Counted from the first letter of the stretch, positions 1 to 13,129 are shown. The stretch: 64,000 bases of DNA from Amphiscolops sp. MND2022 (GCA_964187785.1 OZ076409.1:61630001-61694000), one strand, 5' to 3'. The notes: generated by a model not told the origin, from the sequence alone. A program made the numbers and translations.

Positions 1-322
1 CAGCAGACTTCCTACCCGAGGAAGAATCAACACCAGGCCCCTCAAACCGAATGTAGAAAACTACACGAGAAAAGAATAGAGGGGGAAATGTTATATACGG
101 TTCAATCCGATTCTTACGACCTCTACCGAGATTCGGTTCACTTACATGAAAACTGTCTAGTGTCTACATACCAGCTGGAGTTGTTTACAAACAAACTCAA
201 TCAAACGTTAAATTACATTAGATACATTTATACGAAGTGAAAAGCTGAGATCTAGATTTGAACTAGAGACCTTTATTTTACAATATTCTTTTCTCTTAAA
301 ATTAGATTACCAGAATACAACA
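1..322 (+). mobile_element. 3' end of an LTR retrotransposon: ORF tail, polypurine tract and probable 3' LTR (89-322)
   Basis: A reading frame ends ...ADFLPEEESTPGPSNRM*. The purine run AGAGGGGGAAA lies directly before TGTTATATA at 89, and an imperfect inverted end AATACAACA lies at 314-322. The partner LTR is not in the window. Confidence 0.45.
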
Positions 323-664
323 TTCAGAAATTCACTTGAAATAATTGACAAAACTGGAGAAAAAGACCCCGTCTGTAGAAATGAATGAAAAACGTCAAAA
401 GTAGGTAAATGTCTAAATCTAATAAGGTAACTACTTGCAAGATAATACCTCCCATCTCCTAAATGAAAAAATGAAAAAAAAGACTCCTAAATGAAATGAA
501 GTCAAAATATTTCTATCCAGGTAGGCATTATAGATAGAAAGCAGCGTCAAAACCAGCTGCTGGACCAGTAGTGACACTTTGCCTCGCTCCAATTAGGACA
601 CTATCTGCTCTCTAAGTTAGGAAATTTAAAAATAGTTCATTTAAAACTGTACATTATTTTACTT

Positions 665-1560
665 TTTTGTTAGTCGACTCTGTTTTAAGACTAGATATTT
701 CCTTAAGTTTGAATATGTTTCTCCAGTAAAATGTAGGAACGAACATTTGACAAAGTGGATGTAGTGCGTGACTGTAAGGCAAGGGTGCGTGGGTTCGAAT
801 CAAGGATGAACATTCTTTTCGGATTTTCACAAACGTAAACGACCTTGTTTTTTTTCAGCGCTGAGCGACTTTTTTTCGAAACATTTACTAAATTTCATCA
901 AAGTGCACCCCATTCACTTTTTTGAAATTTCACCTTCGAAAAAAGCGTTTAGCGAGCCTAAAGGGTCTCATTTTGTGTATTTAGGCTTTCTTTAAAGCAA
1001 AAAAAAATTTTAAAAAAATGAAATTTTGTGGTTTTTCTGATGCTTCCAGTTCAGAAAAAGCTGTTTTTGAGTCTCAAGGGGAACACTTTCGGGGATTTTT
1101 TGGCACTGTATGATAATTAAAAAGTTTCACAATAACTGTCCTTTGAATATTTCAAACACTTTGCTCTTTTTAGTCGGCGAGTTTTTTCTCCTTTTTTTCG
1201 TCAGATAACAGAATGTATGCGTATTGAACACTTTTTCTTCAGAAGTACTAAACTACTGGTCCGGCAAGCGGAAACGCATTCAAGTTAAGGGTCCCTTCTT
1301 TCGTGTACTCATTTTTTAACGTAAGATACAAAACCGGACGGGACTACAGGGGACTACATTCAAAATTCCCCCCTTTGAATTTTTTTCGTCACTGTGCGAC
1401 TTTTTTTCGAAATTTTTTTGTTGCCAAAGTTGAGGCGACAACCCTTCAAGTTTGTTGATATTTTGCAGCAAACTGAAGTTTCAAAAAGCTCAAAGGGTCT
1501 CCTCTTCTTAGTTTTGTGGCATTATGAGACTGTTTCAAAATTCTCATTTTTCGTGCAAAA
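665..1560 (+). mobile_element. two degenerate Helentron-associated (HINE/DINE-1-like) element copies
   Basis: T-run plus AGTCG starts at ~670 and ~1170, with internal AAGGGTCCC / GGCACTGTGCGACTTTTT motifs shared with the full copies at 44210 and 51240. Confidence 0.5.
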
Positions 1561-1983
1561 CAGTTCATGATCCATATACTGGGAGAAACCAAAATAAATT
1601 TTGAGCGCTTAATCATTGAAACGTTTGTCAACAGATTTTCCTAAACAGCTTTTCAAAAACGATTTTGACAATTTGTTGTGCAAGGAAAATAACTTTCACT
1701 TATCAAAAGTGAGAACGAGTTGACTTGTCATTTTTTTCTTCTGAAGGTTTAAACTTTCAATCCTTTGTTGGAGATTTGATCATTGCGTCTACGTAAACAG
1801 AGCTTCATTTCAAATGACGGACAGAAAAATTGAAAGGTCTCCAGTGACTTGTTTGAAAGTATTACAATTTTGAAGAGTGCAAAAAAAACTATTTCCATGG
1901 AAGTAGTTTTTTTTAGTTTTCCTAGTATGAGCATAGCTGATCTTTCATTATCTTTCACGTTACAAAGATGTTGGTGGGCCTAC

Positions 1984-2196
1984 CTGTTCGTCCTTCCAAC
2001 TGAGCAGTCGGGTACACTTGCTATAATAATAGTCCAGAATAGCCACAATACACATGGATCCAAACACTCCGAATGAACTCCTTTTCCAGTAGTAATCCAA
2101 AGATACCGGCTTGAAGTTTATACAAGCGTACACAGCAAAATGATCGTTAGCATTCTGAAACATGGACATCGCTTGTCTCAGATTACCCAAAAGTGC
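1984..2196 (-). CDS. TRPM: TRPM-like channel exon (MHR4-like region); 5' boundary uncertain
   Basis: ALLGNLRQAMSMF...GVFGSMCIVAILDYYY resembles the TRPM FIWAVLMxRxxMAxFFW...ALVACKLY segment. Donor CAG|GTAGGC at 1984. Confidence 0.5.
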
Positions 2197-2535
2197 TATT
2201 ATCGTTTACCGCAGTTTTAACCCTTTCAAAGTTACTGATGATCGGACAAAAAAACGGAGAAACTTTTCATTCAAGAGAGATAATTGCTCCTTACTTAATT
2301 GCGTCTCAACCGTAAATGAATTGTGTAGAATGAATACAAAAAATTGACAATATTATCTGCAATTTGGAAGAAAATGTCGATTTTTAAATAGATCTATTCA
2401 AAGATCCCCTTTCACATTTTTTTCGTAAAACCCAACAAATATTTGCTCCGCAAAATATGCTCGGATCATGATCCGGCAAGATTTGGAATTTCAGATCTCT
2501 GTGAACTCAGCTTGTGAAATTAGAAACTAACTTAC

Positions 2536-3114
2536 TTGAAATAATTTCTGTGAGAACGTAATGGCTTGAAAATTTGTGTACCAGGACTGGTAATCCTTGC
2601 CGAAAATGTCAAGAAACATTCTAATCAGCCATAAAGGAAATTTTTTCTCATCTTGTTCCTTCCAGTGGTTTTTGGCTGGATTCAGTCGGTTGCCCACTCT
2701 GGGAAACTCCGCGTTCTTGCTTTCCCAGATTTTCAGAAGGAAGGGGGAGCATTGTTCAAGCGTGTACAAATTCCTGAAAAGATTTGGTGTCAAAATTCCT
2801 CGGTATGCGCTAACGTTGCGTGAAAACGTTTCGAGGAACCAGAATCGTTCTTGCTTAACAGCCGCGATGACGCAACACTCCAATACATCAACTTGATCAT
2901 GGTCTCTTGCTTCTTGAGGCAGGTTTTCCTCATTTGGTGTTTCTTGGTATGGAGGTTTGTCTGATTTTAGCGACTCAGCGTATTCTTTGTAGATCCTGTC
3001 CAGCAACGTCGAAAAGGCAGCGTTTTCCTCGTAGGCTTCAGCATAATGAATCAGAGAATATATAGCCAGCGATCCCAGTTTTTGGCCATTTTGTTTCTTG
3101 CTATTTGTCGTGCA
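2536..3114 (-). CDS. TRPM: TRPM-like channel exon (MHR3/4)
   Basis: Acceptor ttttgctttag and donor CAA|GTAAGT; 579 nt open, phase 0-0. LECCVIAAVKQERFWFLETFSRNVSAYRGILTPNLFRNLY matches the TRPM motif LExAMxDALxxDRxxFVxLxxENGVxxxxFLTxxRLEELY. FLDIFGKDYQSWYT matches IEYLMGGAYRCNYT. Confidence 0.8.
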
Positions 3115-3595
3115 CTAAAGCAAAAAGTTGATACAAAGTTCTTTTTCTTTCACTGAATTTGACGATATATAGAATATAATTGTATCAGGAACTCCTCACA
3201 GAATTTTGCAATAGTTTGATCAGACGCTTAATGTTTTCAAATATATCTTGTTGTAATTTTCATTGGATTCTGATTACAAACTCCTTATCTAGTCAAAAAT
3301 AGTTGAAACTTCAAGTTTCTTCGGGATTATTACAAAAAATAATTCTGTTCAGTCGGCATTATTGCGCAAACCTCCAATTTCATGTTTACATCTGAGCGTC
3401 CTGAGTGCTTATATCTCGACTTTCGGAAAAGCTAACCTACCTAGCTTCATTTTAAAAATAGCTTGTATATTTACTACTGAAAACTCATGAAACTCTTTGA
3501 GAAAAAATCAAATCATTGTGTTTTGAAAATGTTAAGCTCATTTCGTTTTGTTTAGTCTCAACAGTCCATTCGCAGTTCATCAATTCTAAACTAAC

Positions 3596-3891
3596 CTGTC
3601 TTACTAACTCTGACCCTAAAATGGTCGACAACGTTTCCATTTTTCTGGTGTCCAGTTTCAAAACCGTTCCTTTTGGATACTTCACGTCTTCTTTCTCCAA
3701 ACGCATGAAAGTCTGAAGATTGAAAAATGAGTCATCTTCACAACCGATGTATTTCTTATCTTCAATCAGAGCTCTGTCTGTGGGAAGAGCAGGAACTTTC
3801 ACACCAATTAAACTGCAGCAATTGTCTTTGAGAAGAGCTTCCATCTTCTCTAGCACTTTGCGGTCGTTCTCAGCCAAAACGCCGCAAACAG
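3596..3891 (-). CDS. TRPM: TRPM-like channel exon (end of SLOG-like domain)
   Basis: Acceptor ctttaacag and donor CAG|GTTAGT; phase 1-0 fits both neighbouring exons. AVCGVLAENDRKVLEKMEALL resembles the PVVCVVxEGGxxTL segment. Confidence 0.7.
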
Positions 3892-5321
3892 CTGTTAAAG
3901 ATGGAAAAAGCGTGTCAATGAATAGAGAAATAGAAACTTTTTGGAAAAGTCCTAAAATGCATTGTTTCTTCGAAGATCTTGGACCGTTTTAAGGCAAAGG
4001 AATTTGGAGCCTCGCTGTATATTTGAACAAGATGCACATTGGCACTGTATTTTTTTCGTATCTTGTTAAACATGCATTTGAAAACAATGTCACCGCTTTT
4101 CTTAGCAACGATAGAACGGCTACGAGAAAGTGATGTACTAATCGAATTAGAACGAGTGCATCTACTGTCGCAGGCTGCCGCCTGTGACGGGATGATGGTT
4201 ACGACATCAGAAACTGGGCAAGAAATCGTATCCGGAGCGCTGCCTATTTACCGAAGTAGGAACCCTACGCGATAATTAAACAAAACTAGAACTTTTGCAT
4301 TAACAAGGAATCTTTCTCATTTTAAATGTTGCTACCTTTATATATCACTGTTAGATTTGAATATTCATTTTAGGCTGTTAACTTTGCGGAATTATTCAAG
4401 TTGTTGTAGATGTATTCAAGAAGATACAAAGCAATGTAAGAAAAGTTGATTGCAAAGCAATACGGAAACGAAATCGAATGGGTTTCTGTTCTTTTGCGGC
4501 AACGATGCTCAATAATATGTTCTCAACCAATAACAACTTGTTATTTGTGCTACAGCGTAAAACTATTGCTTACCGGTTTCAGCCATTTAACCAAACAATG
4601 TCTGTGCTATTATGAAAGTTAGGTTATTGGCCGGTTCCGGCCAAGTAGAGTGTTAATTGCTCGAAACGTTTTTATTCTGTTGATGGTATTATTTGTGTGA
4701 ATGTTTATAGTAAAAACTCCCATTTTAATGAATGAGAACTACTAGGACTGATGCTTGAGATGCTTAATACTCGTTTAGAGCCAGGAATACCAGTAATAGT
4801 TCCCGGGCCTACTCCGGCCAGTACTGGATGAATGATGATTTGGTTGATGGCCGTATTCGGCATGTTGATGTTAATCTACAAGCATGTGAATTAGGAACCC
4901 AGCATACTTAGATAACCTACCAGGCTGCGTGTGTAGGCACGCGCCTGAGCAATTATTTGCTTACCTATAATGCTTTGAATGTTATGAATGCTTTGATGTA
5001 ATGTTGGTGTTCATAATTCGATGACATTCTATTCGGAAATGTGTTTGAAATATTTTTGTGATGATACTTTGAAATTCCAATGTTGTTTGATGCAGTGTAT
5101 TATCAACGAACAGATGCCGTTCATGGAATTTTAATACTGAGAATGTGCTAAACGTAATAATGAGTAGAGTGTAAAAAACGTGAGAGTCTTGCCTTAAGGG
5201 GCATAAATACCTGTAACCCTTTGAGTCAGACACAGAATTTTTACAAACTTCCTAGAGTTTGAACCCGTATTGAAATTAGTTGTTTTCCGATCTAATTAAA
5301 ATTTTAACATCGGATTTACTC

Positions 5322-5710
5322 AATGCCTACCATGAGAAAAAGAAAGCTTGGAACTCCGGAAGAACAGAAATTTTATCAGACATTGAAAATATTTACATAA
5401 TGCTAGGAGGGAATAACCCTGAAAGGGAGGAAAGCGAATTTAGTAACTCTGTTAGAAGGCCCGAAAGTCTACCTAAAACACATTAGTGAATCACGATGTG
5501 AATCCTCACTCTAACTCTAGAGAAGATGAGATCAGGGGTATGCCGGAAGCGGTCAAAATTCTGGAGAGATTGATTCAAGCAGTGAAATCAATAGGTTGCC
5601 TGGGGAATTAAACCAAATTATCACTCAAGAAATGACTGACCTTATGAGTAGTGAGAGTTCACATATACAAAGAGCCATAAATGAGGCAATAAATGAACAA
5701 GTTCTGTCTC
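5322..5710 (+). pseudogene. decayed transposon ORF (gag/ORF1-like), copy 1
   Basis: Frameshifted pieces SDIENIYIMLG...EREESE and ITQEMTDLMSS...IQRAINEAINEQVL are homologous by eye to the ORF at 13130-13580 (-). The gag identity is inference. Confidence 0.45.
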
Positions 5711-7600
5711 ATGATGTTCAAGGTTTGTATCAAGTCATAAAAATCATAGTTGGCTTCAAAAGGTGCAAACCATTCAAAAAGGTTTTCGTCAAGAACTTTT
5801 CTCAAAAAACTACGGAAACAAACTTTTTATAACTGATAATGACAAGCTGCAAGAAAACTTTCAAAAACATCGTAGGACCAACCTTTTTTAAATGAAGAGC
5901 GTTAGGTTTCAAGATAGTAGCCATTTTTTGCTGAAAAAGACCTTTTAAGAACACGAAAACGCTCGAGGAAATTTATCTTTCCAGAAATTTTTCTTTATCT
6001 CATTAGATTACCACACTCACGGGACGATTTTTGAATGAGAAACTCCAGACTCGAGAAACCAAAACGTTTTTAGTCGAACTGTGTATCGCTGGTATCAAAA
6101 AGTCAAAAAATTACGAGTCAGTTTTTTTCTTTCCGTTGGGAATTCACTGCAGAATGTCGAGGCTTCCAAAAGTTTCACAATAAGTCGTTTTCAGGCTCAC
6201 TTTGCCGAAAACCTGTGATTTTTAAAAAATGATTTAGATAAATGATTCGACTTGGGTTAGATCCGAAAAATACATCATATTGAAATTAAATTGGTTTCAT
6301 TCTAATTTTACTGTGTGTGTCACCATCTAAAACACCATGTAAAATCAGTAAAAACATTCGTTTTATATTTAGTTTTGAAGATTTATCCAATGTTTAATAC
6401 CCAATTTAAGTAATACCATTACCGCTATCAGTCTATTGAACTTTGGAAACTTTAAAAAAAATGCTATATCCGGGATTTGAACACGTCTTGGTTTTCCTAT
6501 AATTGCAATAACTAAGCACACTGCCGAAACCGCTACTGCCTACAATGAAATTCGGAAAAAATTTAGAAAAAATTATGCAATGCTAATGGCCATCAACAAG
6601 AATCAATTGCAAGCAACTTTCTGAGACTTGAAGACGTTTCCATTCGGCCAATTTTTTCTGCAATCGCAATTTTTTGAATGTCGCATTATTTCTAGAAAAA
6701 TGTGATCGAAAATTTAATTTTGGGTGTTCTTTACAGATTCCTGTGAATATTCTTAAATATAACATGGTGCTAGTTAAAGATATAGCTCTTTCGGTTAACT
6801 ATCACGTTATTGCTTAGGGAAAACTCGGATAGTCTTGCAGAAAAACAGCCACTTATACTCGTGATCGTTACCCTGTCGAAAAGTCTCCAACATTCACACC
6901 AGATTCCGAGAGACAGAGTCAATTATTAATACTAGACGTACTGGGCTAAAAAGTCTATTATCATCCAGAGACTATAGTCCGTATACCGTATGATCAAGAG
7001 GTTAGTTATCGAGCATCCCCTCAGCTCCTCCAGGACATTATCAGATATACCTAATTTTCAAATTTTCAAATTTATCACCGTCTTTGCAATATTTATGCCA
7101 AGAATATACGACCAAAGAGCTTATCGGCCTGCGAGAAAAATTAAAACTATGAAAAAGCGTGTAAAATTTAAACGCAAATTTCTTCTGGCGCACTCAGACG
7201 ATGAATACAAACATTTACTTCGGAGTGGTCAATCTCTGATCGGAAAGATATCTTCATTCAACCCCAACGTGCGACGATCAAAATGAAAAATTTGCTTGAA
7301 ATTCAAGTGAAATTGAGTTCATAGTGTTGTTTTCCGAATTCCATACAAATTTCGTTTTTTTTGCAGGAGAAAAGGACATCAGTATTCAATTTTAGTATTG
7401 CAAACCAAAAAGTGCACACTCTTTGTCTATCATGGTTTGTGGCTGTTTCAGCTGACGGAGGTGGTACCAATCTGAATTTTTAGCTAGAATTCATTCCAAA
7501 GGACTTTACTGCCAACAATGGAGTATCACGGCAATCATATTTTCATGCAAGACGGGGCCGCCGTAGTCATTGGACGACTTCTGTCAGGGGCTATCTATCT

Positions 7601-7732
7601 AGGGGCGCGATTAACGTCTAAGGAATAACGTCTAAAGGTGTTTCAGGAATAACGTCTAAAGGAATAACCTCTAAACTCCAACGTATTAAGATTGGGAGAC
7701 GTTATTCCGTAGACGTTATTCCTGCTTCCCCT
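7601..7732. mobile_element. 132-bp MITE-like element
   Basis: AGGGG...CCCCT termini, subterminal GGAATAACGTCTA repeats in direct and inverted orientation, and ATCT on both sides (7597-7600, 7733-7736). Confidence 0.6.
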
Positions 7733-7989
7733 ATCTGTCACTGAATGGGGTTCAAACATTGGATTGGCCGCCAAACTTATGGGACTTGAACCACATTGAA
7801 AATTGGTGGCCGCAATTGAAAGACTATTTATCTCGTTGTCAGTCAAACTTCCTCAAAGAGTTGAAAGAAAATTTGATGAAAACATGGTTCCTGTGGAATT
7901 TTTAAAGTTTTGGCGTTTTAGAAAAATCCCATCATTTTTGCGCGAAGCACAGAATATACATCGAACTAAATTTCAGTCATTCCACGTTG

Positions 7990-9836
7990 CGTAAGTTAGT
8001 GAAAATAGCTGAAACGGCTGGCAATAGCATGCTTCGATATGGCTTATTTGGCAAACTAGGTATTTACTTAGTAAACGAAACATCTTAGGCAAAATTAATA
8101 TGTCATTGAACGACGTCGATGATGAAATAGTGCGAATCGGCTAAGTCCCACTTAAGAGCGGAAAAATTCTAAGACTCGACATTTGGAAACAGAGGAAACA
8201 AATCGGGAACTCCCCCCCCAAAAAAATTGTTTTTCTCAGAGACTATTAATCGTAGAGACCTGAAATTTGGCACACGTATACCTGAGCTGTTACGCTAATC
8301 GTTCATAATACAGAACCGAACGAGGAACCCCAGCCCCGGGCTATTAGCACCGGAAGTAAGCCTAGGTCGATCCCCCTACGAACTCATCTGCGAAGTACGG
8401 AATAAGTTATAGTTTATAGTATATATGGAATTGATAGCCCATAGGATATTAAGCCGTTTGCGAATATTTTCGGAACCCTACGAAGCGTGTAGAAGGAGCA
8501 CGGACCATATGTAACTAAACCCCGAACGTTATGTAAATAGCCAACGGTTGACCCGAGGATTATGAAACTTGCCCAAGATGTTCACCTAGCAACCCTAAGT
8601 AATATACATAAAAGATACATTGATCGGCTCACCACGCGCGGAGTAATGTTTGTTTAAGGCACGAGGGACCGGACACGCGGACAAGACCGATAGGTGACAT
8701 TTGACATTGGTTTGTAATATACCAAACGAACCGGAATAACGAATGTAGTTGATTGCTATTGTGAATGGAACCGTTTTTGCAACCCATGCGGAGGAAACCA
8801 CCTTAAGTGAACAAACCATACGCACCTCATGTAACTCGGGAACCATTGACCCTAGGACGGTACAACTTGGCATGTAGTAACGTTGGACGAGGACAAATAA
8901 CTTCAAGGCCACGGACGGACCTCAAAGTCATTCTAGATGGAATCCCTGAACATATAGGGAAACTTTACGCTAAAACATGTAAATCAACGTCTTTAAGTGA
9001 TAATTTATGCATTTCACTCAGTCGGAACGATTCGCGATGCAACGCACTTAAAATGGTGGAAAAGTACCGCTTACGTGTGTAGGACATTTAACCATGTAAT
9101 TGAAGGTCATTGAACGATTGGCTCGATATTAGAAATATCTCGGTTGACTTGAAATATTATTGAAATGTGAACTTTGTACAACTGTTGTTGAACTATTTGT
9201 CGTTGGCAGCAAAGAATGTCTAGCAAGGTATAATTAGACGCGTTCGCCTTGCCATAAAAGGAATAGTAAACATGAAGGTAAACTCATGCAAATTTAAGAC
9301 GCCGACGCCCTGTATGTAACAAAAATGTCAAGTATGAAAGAAAGTGAAGATGAAGCTACCCAAATCACGCGCGACAACCAAATATAATTGAGGCGGATTT
9401 GAAGTACAATTGAGTAGACACAACCGAGTTAGAGAGCTACAAGCAAGTTGAACCTCGAGACGGAGGCATGAAACTTTGCTTCGCTATAAGAACTAGTTTG
9501 TCCTTAGCTCTATGGATTGAATTTGAACAAGTCCGGGACTTGTGTTTTTGCGCTTCAAATTAGTTGACTGAATCGGGGATCTCAGTCTTATCTAGTTTTG
9601 TTATATTGATCTGATAACGATTGAAGAGACGTTTCGGTTATTGCTATTAAATTTAATTGGAATATTGAACATCTCTGTTCGTGATCGATTAACTTGATCT
9701 GAAAAACTTGAGCACGGAGAGACTTTCTAAAGAGAATTGCACGCTTATAGAACGAAACTTACTTCCCAAATTCAAACCTTTCTGTTAAGAGTTGAGCCCT
9801 TGGGGTTTCTCTCCGACCCTCTGGCTAAATTTTTTT
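7990..9836. repeat. ~1.85 kb unclassified non-coding dispersed repeat, copy 1
   Basis: Colinear with 42343-44213 from CGTAA(G/A)TTAGTGAAAA to CCCTCTGGCTAA plus a T-run. Many substitutions and no long ORF. Confidence 0.85.
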
Positions 9837-10191
9837 ACAGTTCCAAAAAATCATCCCGCAATATTGCCAAAAACACGTTAAAACGTTTTGCAGACGATGT
9901 CAACTTATTCTACTAGTAAAGAGGGTCCTTTTGGTTGTTGACAGAATGTTCTATTTATGAGGTTTTCTGTATATTTCCGTTGAAGGTTCTGAACATGTAT
10001 CGTTTATAATTTACTTATTCAAAGCTGATCACAATCAAAAAATCACGAGTGTATTTACTTTTATTTACCATACTTTTTTACTTGTCTAAAAATCAGAGGG
10101 AATTAAAAGTTGTATTCTTGTAATAATAAATGTCTAGTTGCAGATACCATCAAACCATATACAGGTAATTTAGGTGACTGACGCAACTAAC

Positions 10192-10380
10192 CAACAACTT
10201 TATCTTCCAGTGGGTTAACAGCGCTTGATATGGTCCCTGATTGGGTCTCAGAGGTCGCACTTTGAGACTCTTTCGCAAATTGAGCGCCCAGTCCGACTAT
10301 CAACTTAGTGATTTCGTCCTCCGAATCTTTTTCGATCACAAGCAACTCGTGGAAAAAGGTGTTCAATGAATTATTCTCAG
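10192..10380 (-). CDS. TRPM: TRPM-like channel exon (SLOG-like domain)
   Basis: Acceptor tgttttag and donor G|GTTAGT; 189 nt, phase 1-1. SLNTFFHELLVIEKDSEDEITKL resembles TRPM LxNNHSHFILVDDG...EIxLR. Confidence 0.7.
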
Positions 10381-11459
10381 CTAAAACATTGGCAAACCCT
10401 TTTTTCCACATTTCACTCTTACCTTAATTTTTAGGCATTTTGAAGACAATTTCAGGTATTAGAAAATATGTGAACCATATTCCAAATCGGTTTTGAAGAA
10501 TTGGAAAAGATGGAAATTTAGAAAGATGTGCCTCCAAAAAACTGTTTTAAATAAGAAGTAATGCTAACTTTCATTCGAAGATGAACTCCATAAAAGATTG
10601 ACATTCTCATCTTTAATTTCACCTTTCCCTAAAAAAGTAACAAGATATCTAAACAAATAGCTGAAGTCAAAACTAGTATTTAAACTTAAATTGAAACATT
10701 GTTTGTGATTCAAAAACGCAACATTACTTCAAAAATTCCAAGCCAATTAGTATTATCAATAACTAATTGAACAGACTTCATTTTCAGTCAATTACAACCC
10801 GGTAATCATTACCAACCTTCTGGTAATTGGTAGAAGAGTTGGTTTAAAAAAAGCGGTGCAGTTAATTCGTTGTTTGCAGTATTTACTTTATAAAAAGTAA
10901 TTATTTTTAGTCGCCCTCTTTTGTAAGAGAACATGGTCAACTTTTTCAGGGACTAGTTTTTACACATGTTCTAGTCTCACATTTACGTGCATTTTGTTGG
11001 TGTATTAGTATCGTGGTTTAGTACATCTAAAACGCATCTTAATGCGCTCTTTTCGTTTGTCTCTAATTTTCAGTTGAAGTATAAAACTAGAGGAGCCCAA
11101 AAACACCATATGGTTTTTTTCGGACTTGGAAAAAACTTAAGAAAAATATGATGCAATTTTGAAAAAAAAATTCCCGAAAGGCCACTTTTGTTTTTTTAGA
11201 TTTTTAGATAAAGCCAAATCTTATATGCGCTCAAAAAATTTGTCCATTTGATTTATTGGAAAAGTCATAAAAATAATCATGATTATATTGGGATAGTTTT
11301 CGTTTTTTGTCGGTGCTTCATGAAGTGAAACGCGACTATACAAGTTGCTTTTTTCAATCCACACGAACTGACCAAAATAGTTCTTAAAAGTCTTTTAAGA
11401 TGTCAAATTGGACCATTTCACTCAAGAAACTTAACCAAAAGAGTTGTTCCCTTCTTTCA

Positions 11460-11782
11460 GCGTAACATACAATACCGGGCGGGACCAAAGGGTCCCCGAG
11501 CCCAGTTTTTTCGGTACTGTGAGACTTTTTTCAAAACTTTTCCCCCAAAGGGTTCCCGTTCAATTTTTTGATGTTTTGCGAGAGAATGGATGTTGAAAAA
11601 TCCCAAAGGGTCCATCTTTCAGTTTTTCGTCACCGTGAGACTTTTTTCGAAAAACTTCAGCCAATTCGGTCCAACTTTTGGGTTTTTCGGGTACTGTAAA
11701 AGGGAATACTTGACACTTTGAAGTCTTTTTGCTATTTTTGAGCCTTAGATATGGTGTAGATTTATGCCGTTCCCGGCTTGTT
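11460..11782 (+). mobile_element. 5'-truncated HINE-like element
   Basis: Internal AAAGGGTCCCC repeats and the family 3' end GAGCCTTAGATATGG...hairpin...CTTGTT. Confidence 0.65.
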
Positions 11783-11846
11783 AATCTTTAATGGTTGTTC
11801 TTTGCGTCGACATGGGGTTGCTTACTATCGAGAACTCATTTTTTAC

Positions 11847-12137
11847 CTGCTTGTTTGATCTGGTATCCACATTTTTCCAGGGTAGCTCTTGACACTATTC
11901 CTGTCACACGAACATATTTATTGAGAAACTCGGGCTTGAAATATCGCAGGAACCTCGTGAACAAAGCCAGTCCGCCCTCTTCAGAAGCACTTCCAATGAA
12001 CCTAATTTTGGTTTCCGTCTTTTCCACAAACTCGCGGAACACGTTTTTCAGTCTGACTTGTTCCATAAAACTCAAGTTCGAAACTTGACCTCCGATCGGG
12101 AGAACCAAATTGGGCTGGAAGGTTTCTGTTTTCGGTT
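11847..12137 (-). CDS. TRPM: TRPM-like channel exon (SLOG-like domain core)
   Basis: Acceptor ttttttttcag and donor G|GTAAAA; 291 nt, phase 1-1. QPNLVLPIGG...RLKNVFREFV...VRVTGIVS resembles TRPM PNLxISVTGG...RLKxVFxKGL...VVAIGIA. Confidence 0.75.
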
Positions 12138-12230
12138 CTGAAAAAAAATTATATTTCTTTGATTACTCGGATTAATTTTTTGTTTCGCAACTATTTTTTT
12201 CTACCTTAATGTTCAACTTGCCAAACTCAC

Positions 12231-12293
12231 CTGTATTGTCTCCTGCATTTCCATTGACATCTCGACTCCACAACTCATTCAAACCTTGATTGT
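12231..12293 (-). CDS. short TRPM-like gene exon (DNQGLNELWSRDVNGNAGDNT)
   Basis: Acceptor atttcag and donor G|GTGAGT; 63 nt, phase 1-1, compatible with the flanking exons. Confidence 0.65.
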
Positions 12294-13129
12294 CTGAAAT
12301 TGAAAAGCAAAAGATTCTTTGCAAATATTTCTCCTAATATGAATCTTTTCAAATTAGTGATAAAAAAGCATAAGTTTTGTATTCATGAGTTTGCAACGTT
12401 TTCAGTAGAGCGTTGAAATTGTTGTCACAAACGTTGAGTAGATGTATATGGCACTTTCTTTCGGAAATTTGAAAAAGTCGGATACACCAGTGAACCAAAA
12501 ACTAAAGACACTTGATTTCGATTGCAAAAGATTGCAAAACGCAATTATTCTCTGAGTATTCGGACGACAAATTTGCAGTAACAAAAATATCTCTCAAACA
12601 TTGATCAGAAGTGCAATGATACCTTTTGTTTCGGATTCAAAAGATTTTGGCATTTTCTGAAATTTATCATGCAATATCTTGTACAGTCATGTGATAAAAG
12701 AATGAAACCCCCAATCAATAATAATGTTTGGAACACCTAGTTTTTCTGTCTACAATTCTCAAGCTATTGATATTCAAGAGAAATGCATTTGCTAAAAATT
12801 TTCTCGAAATTTATTCTAATTTACAGTCGTGATTGTTTGAAACTTCTTCGGCAAAGATTGACAAAATTAGCTCTCAATACCTCTGTAAAATTTGGTTTGC
12901 AAACCAAGTTTTTAATTTTGTCTCGTTTACAAACAATTTTTATTCGTTTTTGTTTATCAAATTGTTCATCGCTGTGCACTGATTGCACTGTCAAACTTTA
13001 TGGCACTTTGTAATTTCACATCCGAAGAAATTCGATAATCTCCACTGATATAAATCCAATACTTGTAATAAGATTGAGTATAGATATTAGACTAATTGTA
13101 AGGACTAAGGACCTCCGTGTCTCTTAAAA

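Noticed and set aside
755..805. tRNA gene
   Set aside because: Only a B-box/T-arm-like part is recognisable, with no complete cloverleaf, and it sits inside a repeat.
440..1960. Further TRPM-like exons (for example KDNERSAMLILG at 1958 and LLVQQLVLTLL near 560)
   Set aside because: Suggestive peptides, but I could not find consistent splice sites and phases.
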